Positions 44,425 through 56,400 of a DNA stretch of 64,000 nt are shown piece by piece. The notes under the pieces are model-generated. The model searched no databases. It was not told the origin of the DNA and saw only the letters and a program-made list of their open reading frames with translations. The DNA is from Tubulanus polymorphus. Taxonomy: Eukaryota > Animalia > Nemertea. The stretch spans positions 12,571,263 to 12,635,262 of the forward strand of contig NC_134028.1 of the NCBI RefSeq assembly GCF_964204645.1, given 5' to 3'. The translations under genes and the position numbers were made by a program. Numbering within the stretch: position 1 is the first letter of the stretch; each line of letters starts with the position of its first letter.

Positions 44425-47400
44425 ATAAACGATGAGCACTAATCTGGCAATTTACTATCAAAAACAACAGATCCAAATGATTAATTGCAAACAGTGGTCA
44501 AGACTCTCAACTATAATGAGAATGACCATAGCACTGTTTTCAAAAGTGAGTTATGTAAACACATGAGGAAATGACTCCGACTAAACACCGACTATAGCCT
44601 TAGTACAACTTTTTAAACTGAAAATTTGACCTCGACTTATACACCGGGTCGAATTGTACACCTGAAAACATGGTAGGTACAAAAATAACATAGAAATCAA
44701 AGTTATTTTATCAATCAATGCCCCCTGGTGGCCATATACAAAAAGCAATGACCTTGAAACTCACCAAAATCATAGAACACGATTATGAGCTACAACTTTC
44801 CAATTGATTGTGGTAACAAAATATGCTTAGGTATCACTAAAATGTGGAAAAAAGGTTTTCCCACCTACGAATGAGTACTGATGACACGAAGATGGTAGCC
44901 AATTGCGTCATAATTGGCTGATCAAAATTACCTGATAAACTTAACAGGTGAGAACGCCGACCTTTAAAATTTGCGGTTTTTGTCACGAGTTACACACGCA
45001 AACCAGCTGATGGCCCTCCTCAGAGAAAACTTGAAAGCGTTTTCCGAACGACTTATATTTAACGGCAATGTGACACATCTTCATTCAACGATAATCAGCA
45101 TCTCACTTATCACGGGGTTGAGCCCTGAATTATTGCAGGTAAAATGCGCCCATGAATACTCCCTAAAAATCATCACTCAGTGAAGGCATTCGCCACGTAC
45201 GTTTGCGGCAACAGTAGTAGGCCTATATACATAACTACTGTTGCCGCGCGCGTGTGTCGATAAGTAAAACAGGCGCTGAACGCTGAACGCTTTTAGTGAG
45301 ACCATCATTTAGTGAGATAATTTTGAATACCAAAACCGCGGGGAATTCTCATCTCTGATAAAAGAGTCGGATCGACCCAATTTTTCTTATGCTGAAGAAC
45401 TCTAGGGGGATTCAAATATGTATGTAAAAAGTGCTGGTGTTCATGATCGAATGGCGAGATGCTAAAATAAGATTAGCTTGACCCTGAACTGATAAAGGAC
45501 TGGGCCAAGGATTGATTATTGGGGTCCATCCCTACCTACTTCTGATTCTGATGGACAGGTGAGAGCCTCGTGTAGCTCCCCCATCAGGACTTTTACCGGC
45601 ACATCCAGAAAAATTGAAATAAATTTCCCATGGGCAAAGTGTGGTTTACCTTGAAAGCTAGAGGTTGTTTGGAGTAAGGGCATTGCTTGAAAAATCTTTT
45701 CAATTCGTGACTTCAAAGTTCCACAAGTTTATATTGTATTTTATCTTTCTTAAAGAATTATTTTGTAAGACCAAAGATATACATTTGGTTACGGTCCACG
45801 TCCAAAAGTTTGTAGGGTACAGGTAGGCGCAGCATGGAAACTATTTTATATTTTCAAAAACAAAATATGTTTCACAATATGAAAAAAATATTCAAATAAG
45901 GCCATCCCAAAATAATTGTATGTTTGCCGTAACACCGACTCAACTTTTCAGGATGAATCGGTACGTAGGTAGGAAAAAAATTTTTTGGCTAAATTTTTGG
46001 GCAAAAAAACAAATTAATCACCTTTTTACATGGAAACAATATCGCAAAAATCATCTACGTTGTGCACGGGAAATTTGTCTAGTAGCGTAGATTTCGAGAA
46101 TTATTCTAAAATTATAACTTCGTCCAGAGCGTCATCTCTGTGTTAAAAATGAAACAGTACATTGAATATGTGCGCGGTTTTACGTTACCAGCTATAGTCA
46201 CTATGAGAATGAATGACAGCTTATTGGAACACTTGTCAGTTTCCTGGAAAACTTAAATTAGGCCACATTGACAAGGCATGTTTTCACACGATGCACACTT
46301 GAATTCAAACATATATAACACGTAGCTCATACGAAGGCAGTGGGTCGGTCGGCTGTTTTTATCAAAAATAAAATTTATTTCAATGAATCCCAGAAAAAAA
46401 GTTTTCACTCGGTACCTTTGAAGTAGGGTCGGTCGGGTTACGGCAAACCGACCATTAATATGGGATGGCCTAAAATTCATATGATGTCACATATCAGAGG
46501 GTGGCTGAATATTGGGTCATGGAAACCTCTTCCAATGTTGGCCGCAGAAGTTAAAATACCGGTACAGAAGAAATCGGTTATTAGATCGTTATAAATCCTG
46601 GAATTTACGACTACAATATTCGCTGCTTAATATTTTCAGGTCACAAGAAATTACAATTTATTACAAATTCTATCAAACAGAAAACACAGCGCTCATCTTC
46701 TGCTACGATTATTCAGCCTATTTTCATGTCAAACGCGCACGTGTTACAGCATCACCTTGAGTAGTGTACTGTACGAGCTTGTGTGTGTCTCATGTAGCAC
46801 TCTGCGCGCACAGGTGGAGGCCTTGTGTAAGTGAATGTTCGCTTACACTTCAATGTCAATCAAAACAATCACCGAGTATTAAAGTGAAACAATATCTATG
46901 GCGGATGTGTGAAATAATAACATCCTCACCAGCAATGAGCATTTAAAATTCGCACGTATACGGCACCTTGCCCAATGAAATGTACGCCATTCTATCGTTT
47001 TCCCATAATTATTTTAGTAGCGCCGGAATTCCCCGTATACCCCAAAAACAGCCAATCCCATTTGCTGTATCAATGATGGGTCGTATAAATGGCTCAGCAG
47101 ATTTCTCTGAAAGAAAACAGGTGGCCGAAATCAGAGGAACTTTCTCATCTTGGTATAAATTGGTCTAACTGGTGGAGCCACGCAAGGTAGTATCCTAAGT
47201 TGTCTTAAGGGTAGATACATTTGTAACACAAATATAAAGACATTACATTGAAGCGTCTTCAAAACTTCGCAGAATAACTGGATTCTGTCTAGACAAACGG
47301 ACGGACGACGGACGAAAAGTGAACGCTACAGCCCACTGGGACTAAAGTCCCAAGTGGGTTAAAAAACGGACCGCGATTTTACATAATTGGCTCAATGCAA

Positions 47401-50400
47401 ACTTCAATATCGCTAACAAACGTAAACCCCAATCAATGGCGATCTAGCCTAATTCAGAGATTATTGGCAAAAACCATAGAAATGTAAGGAAACATGAAGC
47501 AATCTTCATTAGTTCGTTGATCTTTGGAACCATAGGTGATCAAATCCTCCCAACAAACTGATCATGATATTCTGGGGAAAAAAATCTGACAAATTGGCCA
47601 GAAAATATGGTAAAACAGGGAATGCCCACTTCGGGCTAAATACTGAAGGGAGGCATTACTATTCTAATAGTCTCAACAGTTTAGAAATGATTAGTTGAAT
47701 GAGCGAATGCATGAATTACTCACATTTGAGTTTAACAAGTATGGAATGTGGTCGGATTGTCTGTCCTCCATTCTCAAAACAGCGTTTAATGTGTCTTTGC
47801 AACTCACACACCATACAAAAGCCAACAATTTTACCTTGAAAAAAAATTGAAAACAAGGATAGTATATGCATTAAATCAGATGTACCCATGACAAAGTAAG
47901 TTACATGAGATATATCAGGTGTCCCAAAATATGAACACCTTTTTACACGCATTTTCTCAGCAATTTATGTAAACTGAATTCAATGATACAAAATTAACTT
48001 AGGGTATCATTCCAAGACAATTAATTTAAGAAATATAATAATTTATATTTAAGAAATTGATGGCAACATTTTTGAAATATTATTTCGTAGTATCCTGGAA
48101 AAAAAGCATGTAAACCAGAGCACCAAAAGTCCAGTGCTCTCAAGGTCCTGTTATAATAAATGCAGTACATTGTACTTAAAAAATTGTAACAAAGTAACAC
48201 AGGCAGTAGCAAATGCTTTATTTAATTAATTGATTATCTTTCCCACTCTATTAACATTAATTTTCATTTTCAGTGAATATATCCTTAAATGAAAAGACAA
48301 GCCCATTTTAGCTGCCCATAAGATCACACTACATGAAAAAATGCATAAAGAATAGTAGGCATCATGCTGAAAAGAAATCAAAGATGGAAGGCAACCCTGG
48401 TATATCGGCGTCTATAGCCGCGTTCACACTTGATTCGGCGCTTACGAAGTACCGTACTTCGCCAGTGGCGAATTCAACAAAATACGCCATTTAAAAAACA
48501 GCCATTTACGTTCACACTACGAGTCGGCAATTCGGCACCTAATAAGCCCAGTATAGTAGTCACCCAGCGCGCCAATAGAGGGGAGTGTAATTAATGCTAA
48601 ATGTTTTGTACTACGAAGCGCTGAATCTGCGTTCACACTACAGAAAATAAGCAGCCAGCTCAGTGCCGTACTGAGATCAGGTTTTCGGCGCGGAATTGAA
48701 TTCCGCACTTGATAAGCCGCGTACTTCAGAACGGGACTGAATAAGCCGTGAATAGGCCTCGAATAATTTCCTAGTGTGAACGCTTAGTACCGTACTGAAA
48801 TCCTAGTGTGAACGCAGCTATTATCATTACCCGTGCTGGCACCCGGTACTTCCAAACTTCCCAAGAGCCGATGGAGAAAACCGGCCATATCAATTCGACC
48901 ATCTATTTTCCACCTATTGACAGCATATCAGCTGTGTATATCCCGTGGTAACAATTTCATTTGTGCCACCAAGAGCTAACAGAAAGTTATTCTCAGGACC
49001 ATTCTATAAGGATCAACACAGTTGATCCTAAAAATTAAACCCATGGCAATTTTGACTACTATAGCAATTATTTTTTTCTCCCTGATCTATCGGGTTATTC
49101 AATTACCCGATGCCTCTACATTTGTATAGCCGACGGCCACGCCGCCAAGTACAGCGCGCAGCATTGGAACTCTAAATGTACCATAGTATATGCCAGCTCA
49201 GTTATCGGTGTGTGTGTGTGTTCTGTGTACGTGTAATTCACATGTAATTAAAAAATTCTGTGATTCTTAGTTTGTTGTCCCTGCTTCATCGTGCACGTGG
49301 TTTATATTATTATTTATATCTAACGTCTTCAACAGCTGATACAACCGCACCCGCGCCTGTCAATCATCTTAATTGATTCATATACTAAAATGCTCACTAT
49401 GAAAAACTATGCTGTGTGAATCAATCTGGAATGTTTCAGCAGAATATCAGACACTAAGTACCGTTCTTAAAAGGTTTATTTGCTGTATGTCATTAACAAT
49501 CTGTTATCTCATACTTTATTCATAACTTTGAAGCGGCGCGCTGGCAGCTAACGCTCAGCAAGGTCAGTCACGTAGGCCAACGATAACATGAAACAGACCA
49601 CGGTTTTCCCGGTTAAAAGCATCTCTCCACATAAATTAGAGGGACTGTAATGGACCATTTGTCGACACTTACCTTCGTATGGATACAATCAAGATAATTC
49701 CACCCTATTATTGCACTATGCAACGATCGACGCGCAGCTTAAACATGGTGCCGTCATTTAATACGCTAGTCACGATGTATCTCTACACGCATCAAAATCA
49801 CACTTGAATTACAAGTGTTGACTTATGAGAAACAACAGAAATCTAGCAATTTGATTAGGAAAATTACAGCACTCTTGTTCAAAAAGTTGATAAACCACCT
49901 CTGATTTTCTTATCATTTAAAGGCTTTGTCCTCATATGAAACTATTTCCACCCTATCACAAGTGCACTCAGCCGCCATGATTTGCCCATTCAACGATAGA
50001 AACGTTCCCATTTAATTAGGGGAAATATTTAAAACAAGCGAGATTTCACACTCTGCATTAATAAGATTAATCTTAGTATTTATTCGTTAGACAAATCTTT
50101 GTCAGAACTCCCACCAACAAGTTAAAAAGTGTTGACACAAAAATGACTCACCTTCACGACTACGTCATGAAGGTAAACTAGGGGTCCAGGGACACCATGC
50201 CCACTTGGGAAATGGTTTCAGATGCTCAACAATCTAACTATTTCAATATTCAACGCCCCATACAATGACCTTGAAAAATCCAATGACCTTGAAACTCACC
50301 ACAATCATAGAAAATGTCAGCAGCTACAATTTTGTAATTGATTGTGGTAACAAAATATGCCTACTTACCAATATGAAATACAAAGTTATTCTACTATTCC

Positions 50401-53400
50401 ACGCCCCAGGGTGACCATATGCGAAGCCCGATGACCTTGAATCTCACCATAATCATAGAACATGTCATGAGCTACAACTTTCTAATTGATTGTGGTAACA
50501 AAATATGCTTTAGTATCAATATGAGATGGAAAAACTTCTTTCCACCTACGAATGAGTACTGATGACACCAAGATGACTGCCAATTGCGTCATAATTGACT
50601 AATCAAATATACCTAATATCGGGTATAAAAGATCCCTTTCCAAAGAATACCCATTACAAATTGCAATGAAAAATGGTAAACCATTGGGAAGCTACAGGAC
50701 TCAGAATTCAGGCCAAAATTGAGAGTCCGATTGACCCAATTTTTCTCATGGTGATGGGCCCTTGGGGGATACAAATATATATGAACGATCAAGGTATTTG
50801 ATAATAGCGTCTTCAAAATTTCCCACGAAAATTTGAAAAATGTGTGTCGAAAACTTCGATAATGGACCAATGGTCCAGTGGCTCGCCAAACTGGTGTGGA
50901 ATTAAAAAAATCTGTCACATAGGCTATCGGTATGCAAAAGATCATTTCATTGAAAATTAAACAAGAAAAAAAGATATAACTAGGGGTCCAGGGACACCAT
51001 GCCCACTTGGGAAGTGGTTTCAAATGCTCAACAATCTAACAATTTCAATACATAACGCCCCCTAGTGACCATATACAAAAACCAATGACCTTGAAACCCA
51101 CCACCATCATAGTACATGAAAGCAGCTATGATTTTGTAATTGATTGTGATAGCAAAATATGCCTCGTTGCCAATTTAATATGGAAATACTCAGTTATTCT
51201 ACTATTCAACGCCCCCTGGTGACCAAATACAAAACCCAATGACCTTAAAACTCACCACAATCGTAGTACATGTCATGAGCACAACTTGGCAATTGATCAT
51301 GGTAACAAAATATGCCTAGGTACCAATCTAATAAGGAAATACTAAGCTATTCTACTATTCAACACCCCCTGGTGACTATATGAAATAACTAATGTCCTTA
51401 AAAACTCAACACAATCATAGACGATGTCATGAACTACAACTTTGCAAATGATCATGGTAACAAAATATGCCTAGGCACCAATCTAATAAGGAAATACTAA
51501 GTTATTCTACTATTCAACGCCCCCTGGTGACCATATACAATAACTAATGTCCTTAAAACTCACCAAAATCATGGAAGATGTCATGAGCTACAACTTTGCA
51601 ATTGACTGTGGTAACAAAATATGCATAGGTACAAATATAATATAGAAATACTAAGAAATTGTATTATTAAACACCCCTAGTGGACACATACAAAACCAAT
51701 GACCTTGAAACTCACCAAAATCATAGAGCACATTATGGGCTACAACTTTCCAATTGACTATAGTAACACTATATGCTTAGGTATCAATAGAATGTGGAAA
51801 AACTTTTTCCCACCTACGAATGGGTACTGATGACACCAAGATGGCCGCCAATTGCGTCATAATTGGCTTATCAAAAATACCTGTCTCAGACATAAAACAT
51901 CCCTTTCCAAAGAATACCCATCACAAATTGCAATGAGAAATGTCAAACCAGTAGGAAGCTACAGGACCTAGAATTCTGGCCAAAATTGATATTTTTGGGC
52001 ACTAAAAAGGTCATAGGATGGCCATCTTGAGTCAGATTGACCCAATTTTTCTAATGCTGATGGGCCCTTGGTAGATTCAAATACAAACTTAAGATCAAGG
52101 TAATTGATCAAAGCGTCTTCAAAATTTCCCTCGAAAACTTCGAAAATGTGTAAAAAGTGCTGATTTTGGCGAAGAACAATGGCTGCCAGTCGGCCATCTT
52201 GAATCTGACAGGTTTTTGGGCTGAAGATGTGTCTAGGGTAAATACATGTATAAACCAAATATCAAGACATTACCTTGAAGCGTCTTCAAAACTTCCCAAA
52301 ATAACTGGATTCCGTCTACGGACGGACGGACGAAAAGTGAACGCAATAGCCCGCTGGGAGTAGTCCCAAGTGGGCTAAAAAAGGACTCAATTTTGGTCAG
52401 TGTGAACTTTTAATGATAACTGACTTTTAACGAGAATGAAATCTCGAAAAATTTATTATGGGCCTTTTGTCTGAACAAATGTTCATAATTGTAATACATC
52501 CCTTGAATGATGTAAACAACTAAAACTACGAGTGACCCGATAAGATACGATACAAACTAAGCGAGAGCCTGGGTTTCATTGGAGGTTTTTCATTTTTATC
52601 ATACGGACCAATCAGGACAGAAGCTCCCAAGTTCTTCAAATTTTAGACCAATCAGTGCCGGTAACTGATGAAAAAAAGTTTATCAACTGACATGATTTTT
52701 AATTCAGAGATGCTAGGGCCAAAGTACCAAAATTCCGGAATTTAGAACGGGGGTCTTTTTGCGTTTTTGCATCGCCGGAAATGCGTTCTAGAGCGATCTG
52801 GGTATCTGAAAATACGACGGCAGGCATTCGTTGTGCTACACATCCCTCGCTGCTTATGCCGCGCGCTATCCGGGTGACCAAGAATATCTTTTTTCCCGCC
52901 ACTACCGTATTTGACCTGGTCTTTACAAACGACGCAGTACGCCACACCACCTAAGTCTAACTTACAAATGTAGTTCGATAAGTAGTCCCCGTTACTTACA
53001 CTCTAGCCAGTGCCAGTTAAATTTATTTTTCATACCGCTGTCAATTGCCTTTATATCGGCCGACTCCCGACTGACAATCTTTCCGTGCGGGCTCATTTTG
53101 CAGACCGTCCCGCTTGACAGCTGCAGGCTGTTAGAAAGTTACAAAGCTGCGTGTCTCAGGACATAGCACGCACGTGGTAATAATTAAGATGATATTTATT
53201 AGATATCATCTTAATTATTACCACGTGCATCTTCACATTGTTGGCCGTCAGCGGGACGATGTACAACGACGCGTAAAGATAATTGACTTTTAATTGGAAA
53301 TGGCGTCACAACAGTGGCGCTCCGCCACCTACGCACGCACAAATACCACAACAAGCACACATATATACATTGTAGCAGAACGTCCTCGGAAACAGAGACC

Positions 53401-56400
53401 AAGATAAAATAACACAGAAGCCACGACGAGTACAAGCAAACGAACGCTTTTACGGTCCGTGCCATTACTGGTCGCCACGAGGAATTCTCACCCAATTTCC
53501 GGAATTGACATCGGCGATCCTAAATTTCCGGAATTCCGGATATTTCCGGAAAACTAGCATCTCTGTTTATTAGTTTACGATAGGATTGCTTTAAGTAGCT
53601 TACATCTTCACTCGGACAAATCGTTGTTACGCACGACCTACACCCTGGCGCGCATACTCTATAACTGATACATACATGCAGTGAATATGAGAGTATAAGG
53701 CTATACTGCCTACGCGACTATACACGACAACAACCGGGTCAACACAAATTTTATAGAACCAAAATTTTGAGGGTTTTCGTCTTTGAAAGCCCATAACTAC
53801 TGAACCGGATCTTGGCAATAAAAAGTTCTTCCGACGCAAATAGCAGTGAATTTTCGCATGTGTTATTTTGGACAGTTGAAGATGCTGCATAAGAAAATTT
53901 GCTCAAATAAATCGAATTATTGAAACTTTTTGGTAAATTTCTCAAAAAATATGAAACCCACGGCTTTCAACTTTGCACACCATAAAGAAAAACCAATTAC
54001 GAAATATATTTTTGCATAATCCGTTCAATTCGCCCATTAGTAGTGCAATAACAGGCTAAATTGCGTTTGAGTGTGCTAAAAATAGATTTGAGTGTAGTGT
54101 ATTGAGCATACGAATGATTATCAATCGGCCAGACTATTGACATAACGCAAACCAAAAATGTGTAAAAAGTGCCGATTTTGGCGAACGACAATGGCTGCCA
54201 GTCAGCCATCTTGAATCTGACAGGGCCAGTTCTTTTTTGGACTGAAGATGTGTCAAGGGTAGATACATGTATAGGCCTAAACCAAATTTTAAGATATAAC
54301 CTTGAAGGGTCTTCGAAACTTCCTAAAATAACTGGATTCCATCTACGGACGGATGGACGAAAACTGAACGCAATAGCCCGCTGGGACTAAAGAACCTAGT
54401 GGGCTAAAAACTGTGCAGTTCTCGATTTGACTGGGAGCGGATCAGACAAATTATTGTGCAAGGTTCAAAATAAGCACCCGCTTAAGGCTTAGGTACAACC
54501 TCGAAACGTTACAAAAAACAAATGTTTATACAATCAACAGTCTGTAGGGAATTATCCATTAGAAAAACTTGAAATATAAAGGCTTAGTTCCTATATGTCT
54601 ACCAGTCATAATAGGCCTACGTACATTTTAATGTATAGCCATTACCCGACTTAGGTGTAAAATGTGCCCCAGAAAGTTGCTTTGGCAGCAGCCATTTTTG
54701 GCAATTAGTTGGCAACAAAAGAGTTAATATCTAACTTTTTACATAGTGTTTTGAATTTGAGCATACTCACACAACTTAGCCTTGAAAGCTCATTGATGAT
54801 ATTCATACCTCAAGGTTATTCTCCAAAATTTTCAATGAATTCTGTTTACATATAGCTGAGAAAATACTTAAAGGCCGAGGAGTATGGATGCTAGTTAACC
54901 GGGTGGCAAACACTTGAGATCGCCCGTCCCACTAACTACAGTATCTTGTTTATAATGTTTAGAGTGAGCGAGGTTGGCTCACAACAGAAAAGCAGGTCAC
55001 ACACAGTTAAATTTGACAAATTCATAAAAGTTTTCATATCAAGTTCTAAACTAATTTTAAGTAATCTAGTCATAGTGGGAATGAAAATCTGATGCTAGCG
55101 ATCTTTTTTTGAAGAGATAGGGCCAAGATTAAAGATTTTAGAGACATTTCAAATTTTTTGAAAATCATTAATTTTTATCCGATTTCCATGAAATTTGGAC
55201 ACAACATTGATGGTAGATAGCTAAACAAGTGTACGAAATTTCAGACTGATCCATTGACCATAGAAAAAGTTTTGATGTTGCCAAATTTTGGTACTATGAA
55301 TGGGGCTATGTTTTGTTTATGTATACTGATGACTATAGGTATCAAATTACTGTTCATGTGCTCTGTGAGCTACACTAATTCACTGGATAACTCCTCCCTC
55401 TATGTCATTCAAAGATTCAAATTTTGAAGGAAATACCAACTAAAAAGCTTAATTTCTCGTAGAGGAGGGCCTAAAACACATTTTTGACTGCAGAAATGAA
55501 TATATTACACATTAATACCCTATGTCTGACAAAAAGGAGGGTCCAAATCGGATAACTGACAGAGAAAATAGGAGATTTCCAGTTTCAACCGTTGGAGCTC
55601 TCCACTGAACTATTGCTTCATGGGTACTGCCATCTTTGACATTGATTGGGCTTTTATACTGCTCCTCGGCCTTTAAGAAAAAGCGGCATGGTTCTGGTAA
55701 GCCTGATACATTCCTAAATCAAATCATCTTTGACATTGATCTTAAAATACTAGATAAAAACTTTTACTTACATTTCAATGGATGATCATCAGTCTCCAAA
55801 TATGAAACCAGGGGAGCAGTGTATGTCAAACACTGTAGTGTTGAGTTTAAGAAGCAGGTGTTGCCCATATTTTGAAGACCGGAACCAACTTTTCGAACAC
55901 AGGACCAAGATTGTGATATCTTATCAGCAGGGAACAGGTCCACCTTTGGTACTGGTATACCATCATGTGCAACAATCTGATCAACTGAATTTCCTAGATT
56001 CATCTTCATGTCTGAAAAGTTCTTGAACATGTTTGAATACAACCAAAACCTATCAGAAAAGCTAATTACTGAGCATGTACTTAAAAAACATAGACTGCTT
56101 AAAAAAATCCTTGAAAGTGACATCCATTTTCAGTGCCTATGATAAAAACTAGGGGTCCAGGGACACCATGCCAAGTACTCAACAATCTAACAATTTCAAT
56201 ATTCAACACCCCCTGGTTACCAATGACCTTGAAACTGACAATAATCATAAAACATGTCAGCAGCTACGATTTTGTAATTGATTGTGATGACAAAATATGC
56301 CTCGTTACCAATTTAATATGGAAATACTAAGTTATTCTACTATTCAACGCCCCCTGGTGACCATATTCAAAACCCAATGACCTTTAAACTCACCACAATC

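Larger units (their letters stand above)
39470..44673. mobile_element. Tc2/pogo-like MITE inserted at TA in HINE-A; hosts a HINE-B copy and a LINE
   Basis: TA|tcgtattttcccgtgtataag ... ttgtacacctgaaaacatgg|TA; the host sequence atgcaTAggtac is restored on removal. Confidence 0.65.
38970..47366 (-). mobile_element. HINE family A copy fragmented by nested insertions
   Basis: Pieces at 38970-39469, 44674-44935, ~45363-45435 and ~47206-47366 follow the family consensus in order. Confidence 0.7.
50176..54410 (-). mobile_element. HINE family A copy split by a 3.3-kb insertion
   Basis: 50176-50845 and 54154-54410 join into one consensus copy. Confidence 0.75.

Noticed and set aside
51040-51800. 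Regularly spaced repeats resembling a CRISPR array
   Set aside because: Whole ~154-bp units are homologous with no unique spacers, there are no cas genes, and the context is a eukaryotic intron.
56012-56123. 5' extension of the 55764-56123 ORF as coding sequence
   Set aside because: T-rich intron-like sequence upstream of a phase-compatible acceptor at 56012; no family similarity.
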